Source of the DNA: Lama glama
Lineage: Eukaryota
Direction: 5' to 3'
NCBI GenBank assembly: GCA_028534125.1
Contig: CM052816.1
Span: 9,054,001-9,118,000, forward strand
DNA: 64,000 bases
Shown: piece by piece, positions 39,110 through 52,100 of the stretch
How positions within the stretch are numbered: position 1 is the first letter of the stretch
How the letters are laid out: each line of letters starts with the position of its first letter
Notes under the pieces: model-generated
Seen by the model: the letters and a program-made list of their open reading frames with translations, nothing else
Told to the model about the DNA's origin: nothing
The model's database searches: none
Program-made: the position numbers and the translations under genes

Positions 39110-39890
39110 CCACAGCTTAGTTTGATCTGCCTTCATCCAGAAATAGAATGCTTATCCTAGCTGGTCCCACACATCTATTCCTGCCCCCTCTGGTCTCTTC
39201 TCCACACTGAAGCCAGGCTAATCTCTACGAAACAGAGAAATTAGTTCACAATGTCCCTCTGCTTAAAGCACTACAAAACACCTATTGTTCATATCCCTTA
39301 CGTACTCTACCAGCTTCCTACATCAGCATTCATTCATTCACTCAATATTTCTTGGTACCTACATGAGGCAGGCATGGCTCTAGGCACTGGAGACACAGCT
39401 GTGAGCAAAATAACACAAATTCTCTGCCCTCATAGAGCTTACATTCTAGCAGATGAATGCAGCTCCTCAGGGCTCCCTGTGCCCTCGCCTCGGCTCACTG
39501 GCCTTTCATTCCTTCACACTAGTCGTATTCCCCCCTGGAACAGGGCTTTGGAGGGACACACTGGTCCCTCTCTCTGGAATTCTTCTTCCCTCTTGTCTTT
39601 GTAACTCTTACGTATCTTTCAGATATTAACTTAAAAGTTACTTCTGCAGGGAAGTCTTCCTTGATTTTGCCACCTAGATGAAAGTCGCCTTTGATGTGCT
39701 CTTACAGGACTTCCCTTTCGCCCTGTCACAGCCGTTACTGCACAACCATTTTTCTGACACTTTGACTGACCTCTCAGTCCTCAATGGACTGTGGGTTTTT
39801 TGAGGGCAGGGGCTCTGTTTTCACTCAACAGTGTCACTCAGTGTTCAGTACAGAGTAGGCACTCATTCAACATTATTTAAAGAAATGAAT
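39110..39890 (+). mobile_element. L2 fragments
   Basis: tctccacactgaagccagg...tccctctgcttaaa...tgagggcagggg...acagagtaggcactca. Confidence 0.65.
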
Positions 39891-40899
39891 TTATGCCTTC
39901 ATCCAAGACTATTAAAATTTGGCCTGGAATGGAATGAGAGCCGTGACTAAGAACCTGCTCTGAACATAGCATCCAAGAGAGCAAGGAAGTAACTTATTAG
40001 TAGTCTTTAAATCAGTCATCAGTCTGTCTAACCTTATTTGGATTCAGCCCACACTTTTTCCCATCTCATTTGCAAGATCTCATGGGAGGCTTTTCCAAAG
40101 TTCAGCTCACTATGTCATCTGCTCTGCTGACTATCCAAAAGGCAAATGAGGTTTGTTTCATGCAACTAAATTTCATTCATGCACAGCCTCAACATACTTG
40201 GCCCCCCATCCTCTCACCTGTAAGATGCTGGGCTACATCAGGTGATTTCTAGGATTCCTTCTGACCAAGAATTTGGGAGCCAGGACTGGGGATTGGCTCG
40301 CTGATGCTGCTGGGGGTGAGGTGAGACGCTGCGCCCACAGCTCCAGCTTCACCCAGACAACCAAGGGAGGTGTTTGCAGAGAGAGGCTGGGTGGGGAGCC
40401 CTTTCCCAGTGGCAGGCAGGTCAGTGTGGGCCAGGCCAGTCAGGGAGGGAGCAAGAACAGCAGCCTTGATTCCTGGGATGCTCTCTGCCCTCCTCCCCAA
40501 CCCTGACCACCCCGACAAGAACCATACTGTGTGTCTCAATCCTAGAATGTGTGGAATGTGCCACAGCCTGATAGGCATAAGTGATCTGCAGAGAGGCAGG
40601 GAGGAGCTCTGCTCCCTAGTCAGAGGCCTGACAGTGCAAGGACTATGGGTCCTGAGGGCTGGGCTGCCCCTCCCATCCTCCCTGGGCCTCCTGCTGCAGC
40701 CAAGATATCAAAGGCTGCACTGTGCTTTGAGAAGGACTTCGAGTCCCTCATGTTTCTGGCAGGAGTTGGAGGAGGGACATCGTTAGCAAGGTGCCCCCCC
40801 AACACCATTCAGGCCGATGGCAGTTGGTACCTCAGCCCTGAAAGGGTGGTGCAGACAGAGGTGGCTATCTCTGCATCCCTGGGTCAGAGGGATGTAGAG

Positions 40900-42290
40900 C
40901 CTGTTTTTCCAAAGAAATAGTTCTTTGGTTTTGTTGATATTCTCTATTTTGCCCCAGTTTTACTGAGATAAAATGGACACACAATGCTGTATAAGTCTGT
41001 GCACAGCACAACTATTTGACTTACATATATTGTGAAATGATCATCGCAGTAAGTTTAGTTAACATCTATTTATTTGTTCAACTTCTATTTGATTTCTGCT
41101 CTTACTTGTACTATTTTCTTTCTTCCTTCTCCTTACTTTTTGCTTAATTTGACTTGCTTAGGTAATTGATTTGAGACTTTCTTTTCTTCTCATATAAGCA
41201 CCTAATGTTATAAAGTTCCCTTTCTAAAGCACTGCTTTTGTTGCATTCCCAAATTTTGACAGGTTGTATTTTTATTTTATTACATTCGGACTATTTTCTA
41301 GTTTCCTTCATGATTTCTCCTACATCCCCTGAGTTATTTAGGAGTGTTCTATTTAATTTGCACATATTCGGGGATTTTCCAGGTACATCTCTTTGATTAA
41401 TTTCTAATTTAATTCCTCTGTCTTCAGAGAACCTACTCGTATGCTTTCAATCCTTCAAGTAACTTGATATTTGTTTTTTTGTCCCAGAATATGTACTTTC
41501 TTGGTGAATGTTTCACATGCATTTGAAAGGAACGTCTATTTTGATTGGGGGAGGGCATTGTTATATAAAATTCAACTAGGTCAAGTTGATTAAAAGCGTT
41601 GTTCAAGTCTTCTGTATCCTTACTGATTTTTTTTTTCTGGTCTAATGTTCTATTAATTACTGAAAGAGAACTGCTGAAATATCCAACTAAAATGGTAGAT
41701 TGTTTTCTAGTTCTTTCAGTTTTGTTACTTATTGCCTCGTGTATTTTAAGCTGTGCTGTTAGCTGCACACACTTCTAATATTGTATGTCTTTTTAATGAA
41801 TTAACTCCTTTATTATTAGGAAGTATCCCTATTTATTCCTGGTTATATTCCTTGCTCTGAAGCTTACTGAACTGATGGTACTACAGGCATGCCAACTTTC
41901 CTTTGATATTTAAATAGCATTTCCTTTTTCATCCTTTTACTTCTATCCTAGTTATGTCTTTATATTTATGTATCTAGGTTCCTTTCTTCAATCAGGCAAT
42001 CTCTGAATTTTAAATGAGGGTGATTAGTTTTATTTATTTATTTATTCATTTATTCATTCATTCACTTATTCATTTATTCATTTAATGGCGGTACTGGGGA
42101 TTGAACCCAGGACCTCGTACATGCTAAGCATGTGCTCTACCACTGAGCTATATCCTCCCCCTTAAATGGAGAGTTTAGGCCATTTTCATTTAATGTAATT
42201 ATTACTCGGTTGGGTTTAACTCTATCATCTTGTCATTATGTTTTTTTGTTTCCATTTGTTCTTTGTTCCTTTTTTTCAATGGAATCTTCA
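40900..42290 (-). mobile_element. Old LINE-1 ORF2 fragment with nested insertions
   Basis: ORF 41433-41768 (TILVGYFSSSLSVINR...ISKDTEDLNNAFNQLDL) is L1 endonuclease region. Confidence 0.85.
42028..42162 (-). mobile_element. Vic-1-type SINE
   Basis: gtactggggattgaacccaggacctcgtacatgctaagcatgtgctctaccactgagctatatcctcccc with a (TTCA/TTTA)n tail. Confidence 0.92.
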
Positions 42291-42329
42291 AATTTATCCA
42301 GTTGAATTTTGTTTTTTAACAGGATTATT

Positions 42330-44415
42330 TTATTATTATAAGGTGTTCACATTACCTGTGAAGTGGTATAGTGTATTTGAAAGTGGACTTGGATTAGTTG
42401 TAGGTGTATACTGCAAACTCTAGGGAACCCACTAAAAACAAAACAGATGTATAACTGATATGCTAAGAAAGAAGAGAAAATGAAATCATATAAAATGCTC
42501 AGTTAAAACCACAAGAGGTAGAAAAAGAGTGGAAGACATAAATAGGACCAAAGAATAAAGATAGCAAGTAGAAACAGTAACAAATATGGTAGACATTAAT
42601 TTAAATATATCAATAGTTGCTTTAAATTTCAATTGTCTACATGTACCAATTAAAGACAGAATTGATTAAAAAAAATGACCCAACTACACATTGTCTACAA
42701 CAAGCCCACTTTAAATAGAAAGACACATGTAGATTAAAAGTAAATGGGTGGAGAAAAATAGACCATGATAACATTAACTGAACTATTAATTTTAGAAGTC
42801 CTTCATGATGCGATAAGGCAAGAAAAGGAGGCAAAAGGTATACAGATTGGGAAGTGAGACTGAAGACACTGTTCACAGATGATATGATCATCTACATAGA
42901 CAACTGAAAAGAATCAATAGAAACTCCTGGAACTAATAAGCAATTTCAGCAGGGTTGTAAGATATAAGGTTAACATACAAAAGTCAATGGCTTTTCTAAA
43001 TGCCAACAATGAACAAGTGGAATTTGAAATTAAAACCACAATACCATTTATATTAGTACCTCCAATGTGAAATATTTACGTGTACCAGATCTATATGAGA
43101 AAGTCTATAAAAGTCTGATGAATAAAGTCAAAGAAGAACTAAATAAATGGAGAGAGATTCTGTGTTCATGCATAGGAAGATTCAATAGCGTCAAGATGTC
43201 AGTTCTTCTGAACTTGATCTACAGATTCAGCAGAATCCCAATCAAAATTCTAGCAAGTTATTTTAAGGATATCGACAAATTGACTCTAAAGTTTATATAG
43301 AGGCGCAAATGATTAAGAACAGCCAATACAATATTGAAGAAGAATAACAAAGTTGGAGAACTGACACTGCCTGACTTCAAGGTTCACTATAAAGCTACAG
43401 TAATCAAAACAGTTTGGTACTGGCGAAAGAAAAGACAAATATATCAATGGAACAGAATAGAGAGCCCAGGAAATAAGACTCTCATAAATACAGTCAACCG
43501 ATCTTTGACAAAGGAGCAAAGGCAGTACAGTGGAGGGAAAGTAGTCTTTTCAACAAATGGAGCTGGAACCACTGAACATCTAGACCTGTGTCTATTCTAG
43601 GTATAGACTTTATAATCTTCCCATTAATTAACTCAAAATGGATCATAGACTTAGGCGTTAAATGTGTAACTACAGAACTCCGAGCAGAGAACCTAGGAGA
43701 AGACCGACAAGACTTTGGGTATTGAGATGCCTTTTTAGATTCAATACCAAAGACATGATCCATAGAAGAAATGAATAATAAGCCAAACTTCATTAAGTTA
43801 AAAACTTCTGCCTCCAGAAAAGACATTGCCAAGAGAATGAAGAGACAAGCCAGAGGCTAAAAAGAAATATTTGCAAAAGACACATCTGATAAAGGATTGT
43901 TATCCCAAATATACAAATAACACTTAAAACTCAACAATAAGAAAACAAACAACCCAATTAAAAATGGTCCAAAGACCTTAATGGACACTTCACCAAAGAA
44001 GACACACAGATGGCAAATAAGCATATGAAAAGATGCTCCACATGATACATCATCAGAGAAATGCAAATTAATACCACTACACACCAATTCGAATGCCCCA
44101 AATCCAGAACACTGACAACACCAAATGCTAGAGGGAACGTGGAGCAACAGGAACTCTCATACATTGCTAGTGAGAATGCAAATAGTACAACCACTTTGGA
44201 AGACAATTTGGCAGCTTCTTACAAAACTAAACATACTCTTACCATATGATCTAGCAATTACACTTCTTAGCGTTAACCCAAAGGAATCAAAAAAGTATGC
44301 TCACACAAAAACCTGCACAAGGATGTTTACAGCAGGTTTATTCATAATTGCCAAAACGTGGAAGCAACCAGGATGTCCTTCAGGAGGTGAACAAACTGTG
44401 GCACATCCAGACAAT
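42330..44415 (+). mobile_element. LINE-1 (L1MB/MC-like) ORF2 fragments
   Basis: ORFs 43067-43300, 43334-43600 and 44125-44430 translate to L1 ORF2 ([40 protein letters not shown]). Confidence 0.92.
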
Positions 44416-44426
44416 AGAGTAATTTG

Positions 44427-44578
44427 CTGACCCCACCTTGCTCCTTGGCTACAAATCTCCACTTGTCCCTGTTGCATTTGGAGTCGAGCCTGCAAAATCC
44501 CACTGCAGTAGACTCTTCCTGAATAAAGTCTTCCTTACCATCTTTAACAACTGTCATAAATAGTTTTTCTTTAGTATC
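44427..44578 (+). mobile_element. ERV1-type LTR 3' fragment (MER31/34/39-like)
   Basis: ctccttggctacaaatctccacttgtcc...aataaagtcttccttaccatctttaacaa...tttttcttt; contains the polyA signal. Confidence 0.6.
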
Positions 44579-44589
44579 AATTCCAAAGG

Positions 44590-45125
44590 CCACTGACTTC
44601 TCAATACAAACCATAAGGGTCAGTAGACTGTAAAATAACATTAATTAAAAGAGAGAGACTGCCAGAACTGATTGTAAAGACAGTAATGCCCAATTGTATG
44701 CTATTGACCAGATACATACTTTAAATTCAAAGATAAGGTAAAAGCAGTTGGATTGAAAAGATATCATGTAAGCTGTAAGTGTAATAAGGTTGGAGTGGCT
44801 GAAATTGTACACAAAAAGACATATAATCATTATTAATACATGTACTGAAAAATAGATCTTTAAAATATACAACGAAGCAGTTGAGAGAATCAAAGGGAGA
44901 AATAGAAATTCTATAATCGCAATTGGGGATCTTAACACCCTCTCTCAACAATTAAATAGCACACAATTGGAGGAACCCCCAAACTGTAAAAATAAAGATG
45001 ACCTGTAAATCACACAATCATTTTACGTAATTAATATTTCTGCAACACTATATCCTGTAACTATAGAATAGACATTTTTTTCCTCATGTACTTGGTACAT
45101 TCACCAAGGTAAACCAAATTTGGGA
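44590..45125 (+). mobile_element. Old LINE-1 endonuclease-region fragment
   Basis: aattctataatcgcaattggggatcttaacaccctctctcaaca...acattcaccaagg. Confidence 0.75.
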
Positions 45126-46524
45126 AGATTATTACTCATGCTTAGACTCATATATCATCTGCAGATGAGCTAGACACCACAACAAAACACATCTGTGCAA
45201 GGACATTAACTTTGTGACATTTACTTGCTTACAAATCTTCCATCACTCAGCATTTCCTACAAGGTTAATTTAAATCTCTTCAGGCGGACATACAAAACGC
45301 TGCACAGTCTGGATGCCATTTTCACCCTCATGTCATGACTCATTATACTCCATTTCATATCATTTTTTTGGCCACAGTTAACATGGACTCTGTATTATCT
45401 GCTAAACCGACATTGCACATTTGACTGCCAAGTTTTCATCCATTTCTTTCCCAATACTTTTATGCTCTCCTGCACACCTTCACTTAGGATTGTCTGCATC
45501 CTTTCAGGCGCAGCTCAATTATCTTTTCCTTTACTGTGTCTCCTCTGATCAGAGGCTGAAGTTTCTCTCTCCCTCTCTGCTGAGCTTCACTGAATTGAGA
45601 TTCTGTCACCTGTAACACGCTGATTCAACTGACTGATTCTTGATAAAAATGACCTGGCTTTAAGGAGAAGGGACATTCAGACCATGGCTAGCTACAGTTC
45701 AAAGCAGAATTTCAGGCAAGCACGGAGCAGGCAGCCCAAGAGACAGCACAGCCAATCTGTAGAAGTTGACATTAAGGAATTAATCTGGCTCTAAACATTA
45801 CAAGAAGTAAATCCCTGAAGAGGACATAGATGGACATGGATATTTTGAAATATCCCAAATGGTCTGTAAATAAATCTAAAGCAAATGTTAACCATTCCTC
45901 TGAAATGCCACGTAAAGAATGTGGCTTCTCTGTCTCCAGGGAGATACTTTATTGGTATCTAATAAAGATAACCAATCAAAACTGGAAAAAAGTTATTGAT
46001 CACCTACTAAAGGCAAGGTACTGAGACAGATGTGCAATCTCGATGGCTTCTTGAAAATAGGAACTTGTCTTGAGCAAGAGACAGTAGCAGGCCAGGGTAT
46101 AAAAGTTCCAGATACTCGATGCCATAGCTTTGGGAAACAGACGGGGGAATTGTCTGCTTATAGCAGGCTTAGGCAGCAGGGTTTTCCAGAGGGTAAAGAA
46201 GGATACTGGGGCACAGCACCTGTATTGCCGCGGCAGGAAATGGCTCATCCACCCTCTCCATGGAGAACGACTCATGATAGGGAAGTTATGGTTACAAAGC
46301 AAAACCAAGCAAAACAAGGGGATGCCACTTAATCTGATGAATGTTTTACATCGTCCAGGAAATACTGGCTTCATGCAGATTTATGCAGAAAGCGACCTTA
46401 TGCAGAGGATGGAGGGTTAAGATAGCTCATGGCTGAAAGGAATAAGGGATTTTTCCACTTGTCATCTTGGAGATCCTTTGTTCTCCACACTAAGCGTCCC
46501 CTCCAGTGAACATTACGGACCCTC

Positions 46525-46682
46525 ACTATTCAAACTGTGGTCCATAGACCAGAAACCTCAGCGTGACCTGGGAGGAATGTAGAATTTCAGACTACACCTA
46601 AGAACAGCTGAAAACTGAACTCGCATTTAAGACAATTTCAGACAATTTATTTCCACATTAATGTGCACAAGAAGCACTGTGA
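46525..46682. mobile_element. MER5-like DNA transposon
   Basis: ctattcaaactgtggtccatagaccag...tgacctggga...cattaatgtgcacaagaagcactg. Confidence 0.6.
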
Positions 46683-47639
46683 TAGTACATATCCAAGGGC
46701 CAAATCTGGACCAAAAATAGCCAGAACAGAATGAAACAGGTGTTTGCTTCTTAGAGAGCAAGCCTAGAAGGAGGGGAGTATCACTACAGATAAGCCATGT
46801 TTATAAGTGTGCTGAAGGACTAGACATTATTAGAATTTCATAGGTTTCAGCCTGCTTTTCTATAAAGAAGAAATCTTACTGGACACGGGATGAGGAAGAA
46901 GGTAGGGCAAACATGGATGTTGGAGTAAATGCTGGCTTTTGCGTGGGCTGTGTGTAGTCCGTTTTATGGGGATTTGAGCCCAAGGCAGGAGACCTTTAAG
47001 GAGGATACCAGGAAACTGCACTCAGCTTTCTAAGTCTGGAGCAACTTGGCCTGGACACATCAGTAAGCGTTTGAAGAGCCCCCTAATATGTTAAGAAGCG
47101 TGAAGACAATTTCAAAACAACTTACATCTCCAAACTGCTGCTCAGGAAAGCACATTCATTCTAGAAATGGCCTAGCTGCTCCCACCCCTAACCTTCTCAT
47201 GGCCTTCTAATCCCACCACCAGGTGGGGCTAGTGTGCAGCCAGGGTAAGAACCATCCCCTCATTTTCCTACGGGGGAAGGTGAAGACCCCAGGAGTGAAA
47301 GGGCTGAGCCTTGGGTCTGGAACCCCAGGGTCCTGACATTAGTTAAATCCACTGAGTGCTGCAACCACGGTCCTGGTGAAAGGGAGAAAGAATAAAGAGA
47401 ATGGAAAATAGGGCTGGTGGGGAAGAACCTTGGAGGATGCCTCCGTTTGGAGAGCAGAGGAACGAAACAGAGCGAGAGAGACAGCAGCAGGCTGGGAGGA
47501 AGGAACCAGCCACCGGGGAGGTTGAGGGATGGTTAACACTGTTGCAGGCCCCAGAGAGGAAAGCAGGGTGGACTGAGGAAAGGCCTTTGGGACTGGCTGA
47601 TGGAGGACATTCGGAGACAGTGCAGCTTAATGGTTTACA

Positions 47640-47900
47640 GAGTTTCAGAGCCAGGCTGCCTCAAAGGCACCCTGGGGCCACGTGAGAACATCATGTGTCT
47701 GCATTAGCTTATGAGCTCAGTGACTCTGGACACATTAGTTTAGCTCTCTATGCCTCAGTTTTCTCATCTATAAAATGTGTATAACATTAGTATTCACCTA
47801 ATAGGATTGTCATAAGTGTAACTGACCTAATACATGTAAAGCATTCAGAATGGTGCCAGGCATAGCGCGTGTTTATGATCAATATACATTAGTTCTTCTT
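47640..47900 (+). mobile_element. MIR SINE
   Basis: ctctctatgcctcagttttctcatctataaaatg...catgtaaagcattcagaatggtgccaggcatag. Confidence 0.8.
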
Positions 47901-48833
47901 ATTGTTGTGGTTACTACTGGTGGTGAGTGAGACACAATTTTAATTGAATGGTGGGAGTGGTGTTAGATTCTATAATGCTCTTACGGGGTTTTGCATCTTA
48001 GCTACCATTTTATGCAGAACAATCTCTTAAATTGGCAATTGCTAAAGAGTTTAGAAAGATAAGTTCAGTCCTGTGTGCAGAAGTGAGGCAGACCTAATCA
48101 GGCCTCACTGAGACCTTCTTGTGATAGAATAGCTTGTCTACACTGGCACCCCAGCATCTTATACCCGACCCTGAATTTCAACAGCCTGGTACTACTAAAT
48201 TAATCTGATCATCACATTTTAGCTGGCTTAGTAGTAAGAGGCACACTCGTCCTAAAGAACGTCATCCCCATATTGCAGTGGTGACATGAGACCTTCTCCT
48301 TACTTGCACAGTGGTCCCCTGTGGGACCCCATGCACCAGGGATTGCACGGTCAGTAGGGAAGGGGAAAGTGAGCAGGAGACAGGGAGGGATGGGAGGAGA
48401 GGAGGACTGGCTTATTCACACCCTCAAAGCACCCTCTAGAATACAGACATCCATGAAGTGCAGCAATCAAAGGAAAACCCTACAAACAAGCTGCTACAAG
48501 CAGCAGCCAGGGTGTGGAAGTCCTGGACATCATCCCTGTGTGCTGTGCTGGTGACTGAGCCACTAGGTGTCACTTTTAGTCTGTGTTCATTTGGTGTCAG
48601 GTTTCTGAAAGTGGTCCAGCATTTGCTGAAGTCTCCATCCTCTTCCCACAGCTTCCCTCCCTGTGCTGGTGTATCTCCTCCAGCTTCCCTCCAGAAGGCA
48701 TTTCTGACCATCCAGGTAGTACATTGAGAGTAAAACTGCGCCAGAAGGGGACTTCTGATCTGCACATGGAAAGTAGCCTGTGTTAGCGAAGCAAGCAGAG
48801 TCCAGCATCAGTAACTAATTCCACAGCAGCACT

Positions 48834-50290
48834 GTGTGAGGGAGAGTTCTAACTTCACTAATTTACATGCAGCTGTCCAGTTCTCCCAACACCACTTGCT
48901 GAAGAGACTGTTTTTTTCTCCATTGTATGTTCTTGCCTCCTTTGTTGAAGAGTAATTGACCAAAAGTCTATGGGTCTATTTCTGGGCTCTCTATTCTGTT
49001 CTATTGATCCATATGTCTGTTTCTGTACCAACACCACGCTGTTTTGACTACTGTAGCTCTGTAGTATTCTCTGAAATCTGGGAGGGTTATTTCTCCAGCT
49101 TTGTTCTTTATCTTCAGTATTGCTTTGGCAATTCTGGGTCTTTTGTGATTCCATACAAATTTTAGGATTATTTGTTCTAGTTCTGTGAAAAATGTCCTAG
49201 GTAATTTGATAGGGATCACATTAAATGTGTAGATTGCTTTGGGTAGTATGGCCATTTTAACAATATTTATTCTTCCAAACCAAGAACATGCGATAACTTT
49301 CCATTTCTTTGAATCATCTTTAATTTCCTTAATCATATACAACTTAATAACAAAAAAATAAATAAACAACCCAATCCAAAAATGGGCAGAAAACTTAAAC
49401 AAGCAATTCTCCAATGAAGACATACAAATGGCCAATAGGCACACGAAAAATGCTAAATATCACTATTTATCAGAGAAAGGCAAATCAAAACTACAATGAG
49501 GTATTACCTCACACCAGTCAGAATGGCTATCATTAAAAAGGCTAGAAATGAAGGCTGGAGAGGGAATCCTTCTACACTGTTGGCAGAAGGGAATGTATTC
49601 TGGTGCAGCCACTATGGAAAACAGTATGGAGATTCCTTAAAAAACAAAAATAGATTTACCATATGATCCAGCAATCCCACTCCTGGGCATATATTCCAAG
49701 TGAACTCTAATTTGAAAAGATACATGCACCCCAATGTTCATAGCAGCACTATTTACAATAACCAAGATAAGGAAACAACCTAAATGTCCATCAACAGATG
49801 ACTGGATAAAGATGCTGTGGTATATTTATACAATGGAATACTACTCAGCCACAAAAAAGAATAAAATAATGACACTTGCTGCAATGTGGATGCACCTGGA
49901 GACTGTCATTCTAAGTGAAGTAAGCCAGAAAGAGAAAGAAAAATACCATATGATAGCACTTATATTTGGCATCTTAAAAAAAAGACACAAATGAACTTAT
50001 TTACAAAACAGAAACAGACTCACAGACATAGAAAACAAAATAATGATTACCAGGTGGGGAAGGAGGTAGGAAGGGATAAATTGGGAGTTTAAAATTTGCA
50101 GATACTAACTGACATATATAAAATAGACAGACAACAAATTTCTACTGTAGAGCACAGGGAACTGTATTAAATATCTTGTAGTAGCCTATAAAAAAAGAAT
50201 GTATGACTGAAACATTATGCTGTACACCAGAAACTGATACAACATTGTAAACTGACTATACTTCAATAAAATTTTATTTTTAAATTCTAT
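48834..50290 (+). mobile_element. Young LINE-1 with 5' inversion (48834-49335 antisense, 49335-50290 sense)
   Basis: ORF 49001-49444(-) and ORF 49734-49994(+) are both L1 ORF2; flanking ACAGCAGCA at 48823-48831 and 50292-50300. Confidence 0.93.
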
Positions 50291-50579
50291 AACAGCAGCA
50301 GGTTGAAAATGAGTCCTTAAAACACAGAAATATTTCATTGATTTTATCATTCATCATTGTTATTTCCTTCTTCCTATATTCTGTTTTTTTATTTTATTAA
50401 TTTATGTCCTTGTGTTTTGATTTAATTCTTTCATTCTATAAAACTGGACACTTAAGTGAAATGGAAATCAAACCCAGAAATGAGGATTGGGGGAAAAATC
50501 AGAATGGATAAAACCTTGAGAGAAACAGAAATCATATTTTAGTTTTATTTGCCCTCTTGAGAACTTAATGAGCTTTTTC

Positions 50580-51330
50580 AGCCTGAAGATTCATGTTGTC
50601 ACTCTGGAATATTCTCAGTCATTTTCCCTGTGAATACTGACTCCCTTTCAGTCTCTCCCTTTGGAAGTTCTGCTAGATCATGTTCGACTTCTCATTCTAT
50701 TCTCTGTCTTGCATAGTTAATTCTTTCGTAGTTTCTACCTTGTTTCTCCAGCTACATTCCAGGTGATTTCTGCAGATCTGTGTTCAGGTTCAGTGATTTT
50801 TTTCCTCTGCTGTGCTGACTCTTTTGTTTAACCTATCCAGTGAGTCCTGGATTGCAATATTTTTTGTTTGTTTGTTTGTTTCTAGGAGCTGTATTTAGGT
50901 ATTTATTAAATTTGTCTGCCCATAATGCTCTATTCTTTCAGTACAGTTCCTAATTTTAAAAAATCTTTTAAATTATTTTAACATACTTATTCTAAAACTT
51001 TCATTTCCAGTTCTTTTATTCCCATTCTTGCAATTCTAATTCACTGTCTAGTTGCATCTGCTGGTTTCCTCTCCAGGTAATTAATTTCCTCGAGTGATTC
51101 ATATCTCTTTAATTATGAACTACTCTGAACTAGTCTTCAACATTTGAAAAAATGGGCTTCTCATGAGCCCTGCACTATCCTTATAGAGTAGTTTTTCCAA
51201 TTGTGTCTGTTGCCTTTCTAGAGAATCAACATCCAAGGGCCAATTTTTGTCACCAACTTCCCTGACTGGGATTCCTGAGGAATTAGGAGTAAATTCAGAT
51301 CCTACACCTTCTCAAGGAGTGAGTCTGGGG
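50580..51330 (-). mobile_element. Very old L1ME/HAL1-like fragment
   Basis: T-rich degenerate antisense LINE pattern (ctctggaatattctcagtcatt...ttctcattctattctctg...tttaacctatccagtgag). Confidence 0.5.
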
Positions 51331-51914
51331 GTTTGATTTTTTCTCACAGATGCACGGCTTCTTCAGGGTGTCCTCTGAAGGCAGAAGAAAGTTTTTCCAA
51401 TTTCTTTGTGATGGAAAAGCAACATTTTCAGGCTTCAAGCTTCATGCAGGGAGCACAAGTCCTGCGCTCCTGCCTTACAGAGGCCCCAGGTCATCGCTGT
51501 AAGGGGCACAGGGGTGGGCATTAGAAGGCCAGCCCAGGCCTGAGGGCCATGTTTTCTTCCAGCCGCCTGACATTCCTTCAACCCCACTTCCCACCCCATG
51601 GTTTCATGGGATCCCCATGGCATCTGCTCTGGCATGCTCACACGGCTTTGAATTCAGCGCTTGTTTTTGGCTCCCACAGATTTCCCTATCTTTAAAGCTA
51701 AATACGCATTAAAATATTAATCTTCGTCACAGTTTATCCTACCTTGACCTTGAGTGATTCAGTTTATCCTCTGGTTTTCTTTATCGGGTGTTTTCAAACA
51801 GGGTCCTCTGAGCTGTGGGAGAGAAGGAAAGTGACAGGGTTGCTGACCCCTTCCCCACTCTACACCCTGTCCTCTACCTTGCTCTTCTTGTGCCCTGCCC
51901 TACGACAGCCCGGC

Positions 51915-52100
51915 AGTGTGACTCTGGCAAGCATTTCATCGCTCTGTGCCTCACTTTCTCCGTCTGTAACAAAGAAACAGTAACAGTGCTGCCTCAAAGG
52001 GCTGTTGTGAGGATTAAATGAGATAATATACATGAAGCACTCATGTCAGTGCCTGGTTCAAAATAAGCACTCAGTTAGTGATTTTTGTTATTAATTATTA
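51915..52100 (+). mobile_element. MIR SINE
   Basis: gtgtgactctggcaag...ctctgtgcctcac...gggctgttgtgaggattaaatgagataatatacatgaagcac. Confidence 0.85.

Noticed and set aside
40249..40920. GC-rich stretch with several overlapping ORFs, a possible exon or pseudogene
   Set aside because: No frame gave a recognisable protein or clear splice structure; not supportable without a database search.
42085..42160. tRNA-Ala-like sequences (also about 12720-12790 and 31365-31420)
   Set aside because: AT-rich tails, TSDs on two of them and divergence identify them as tRNA-derived SINEs rather than tRNA genes.
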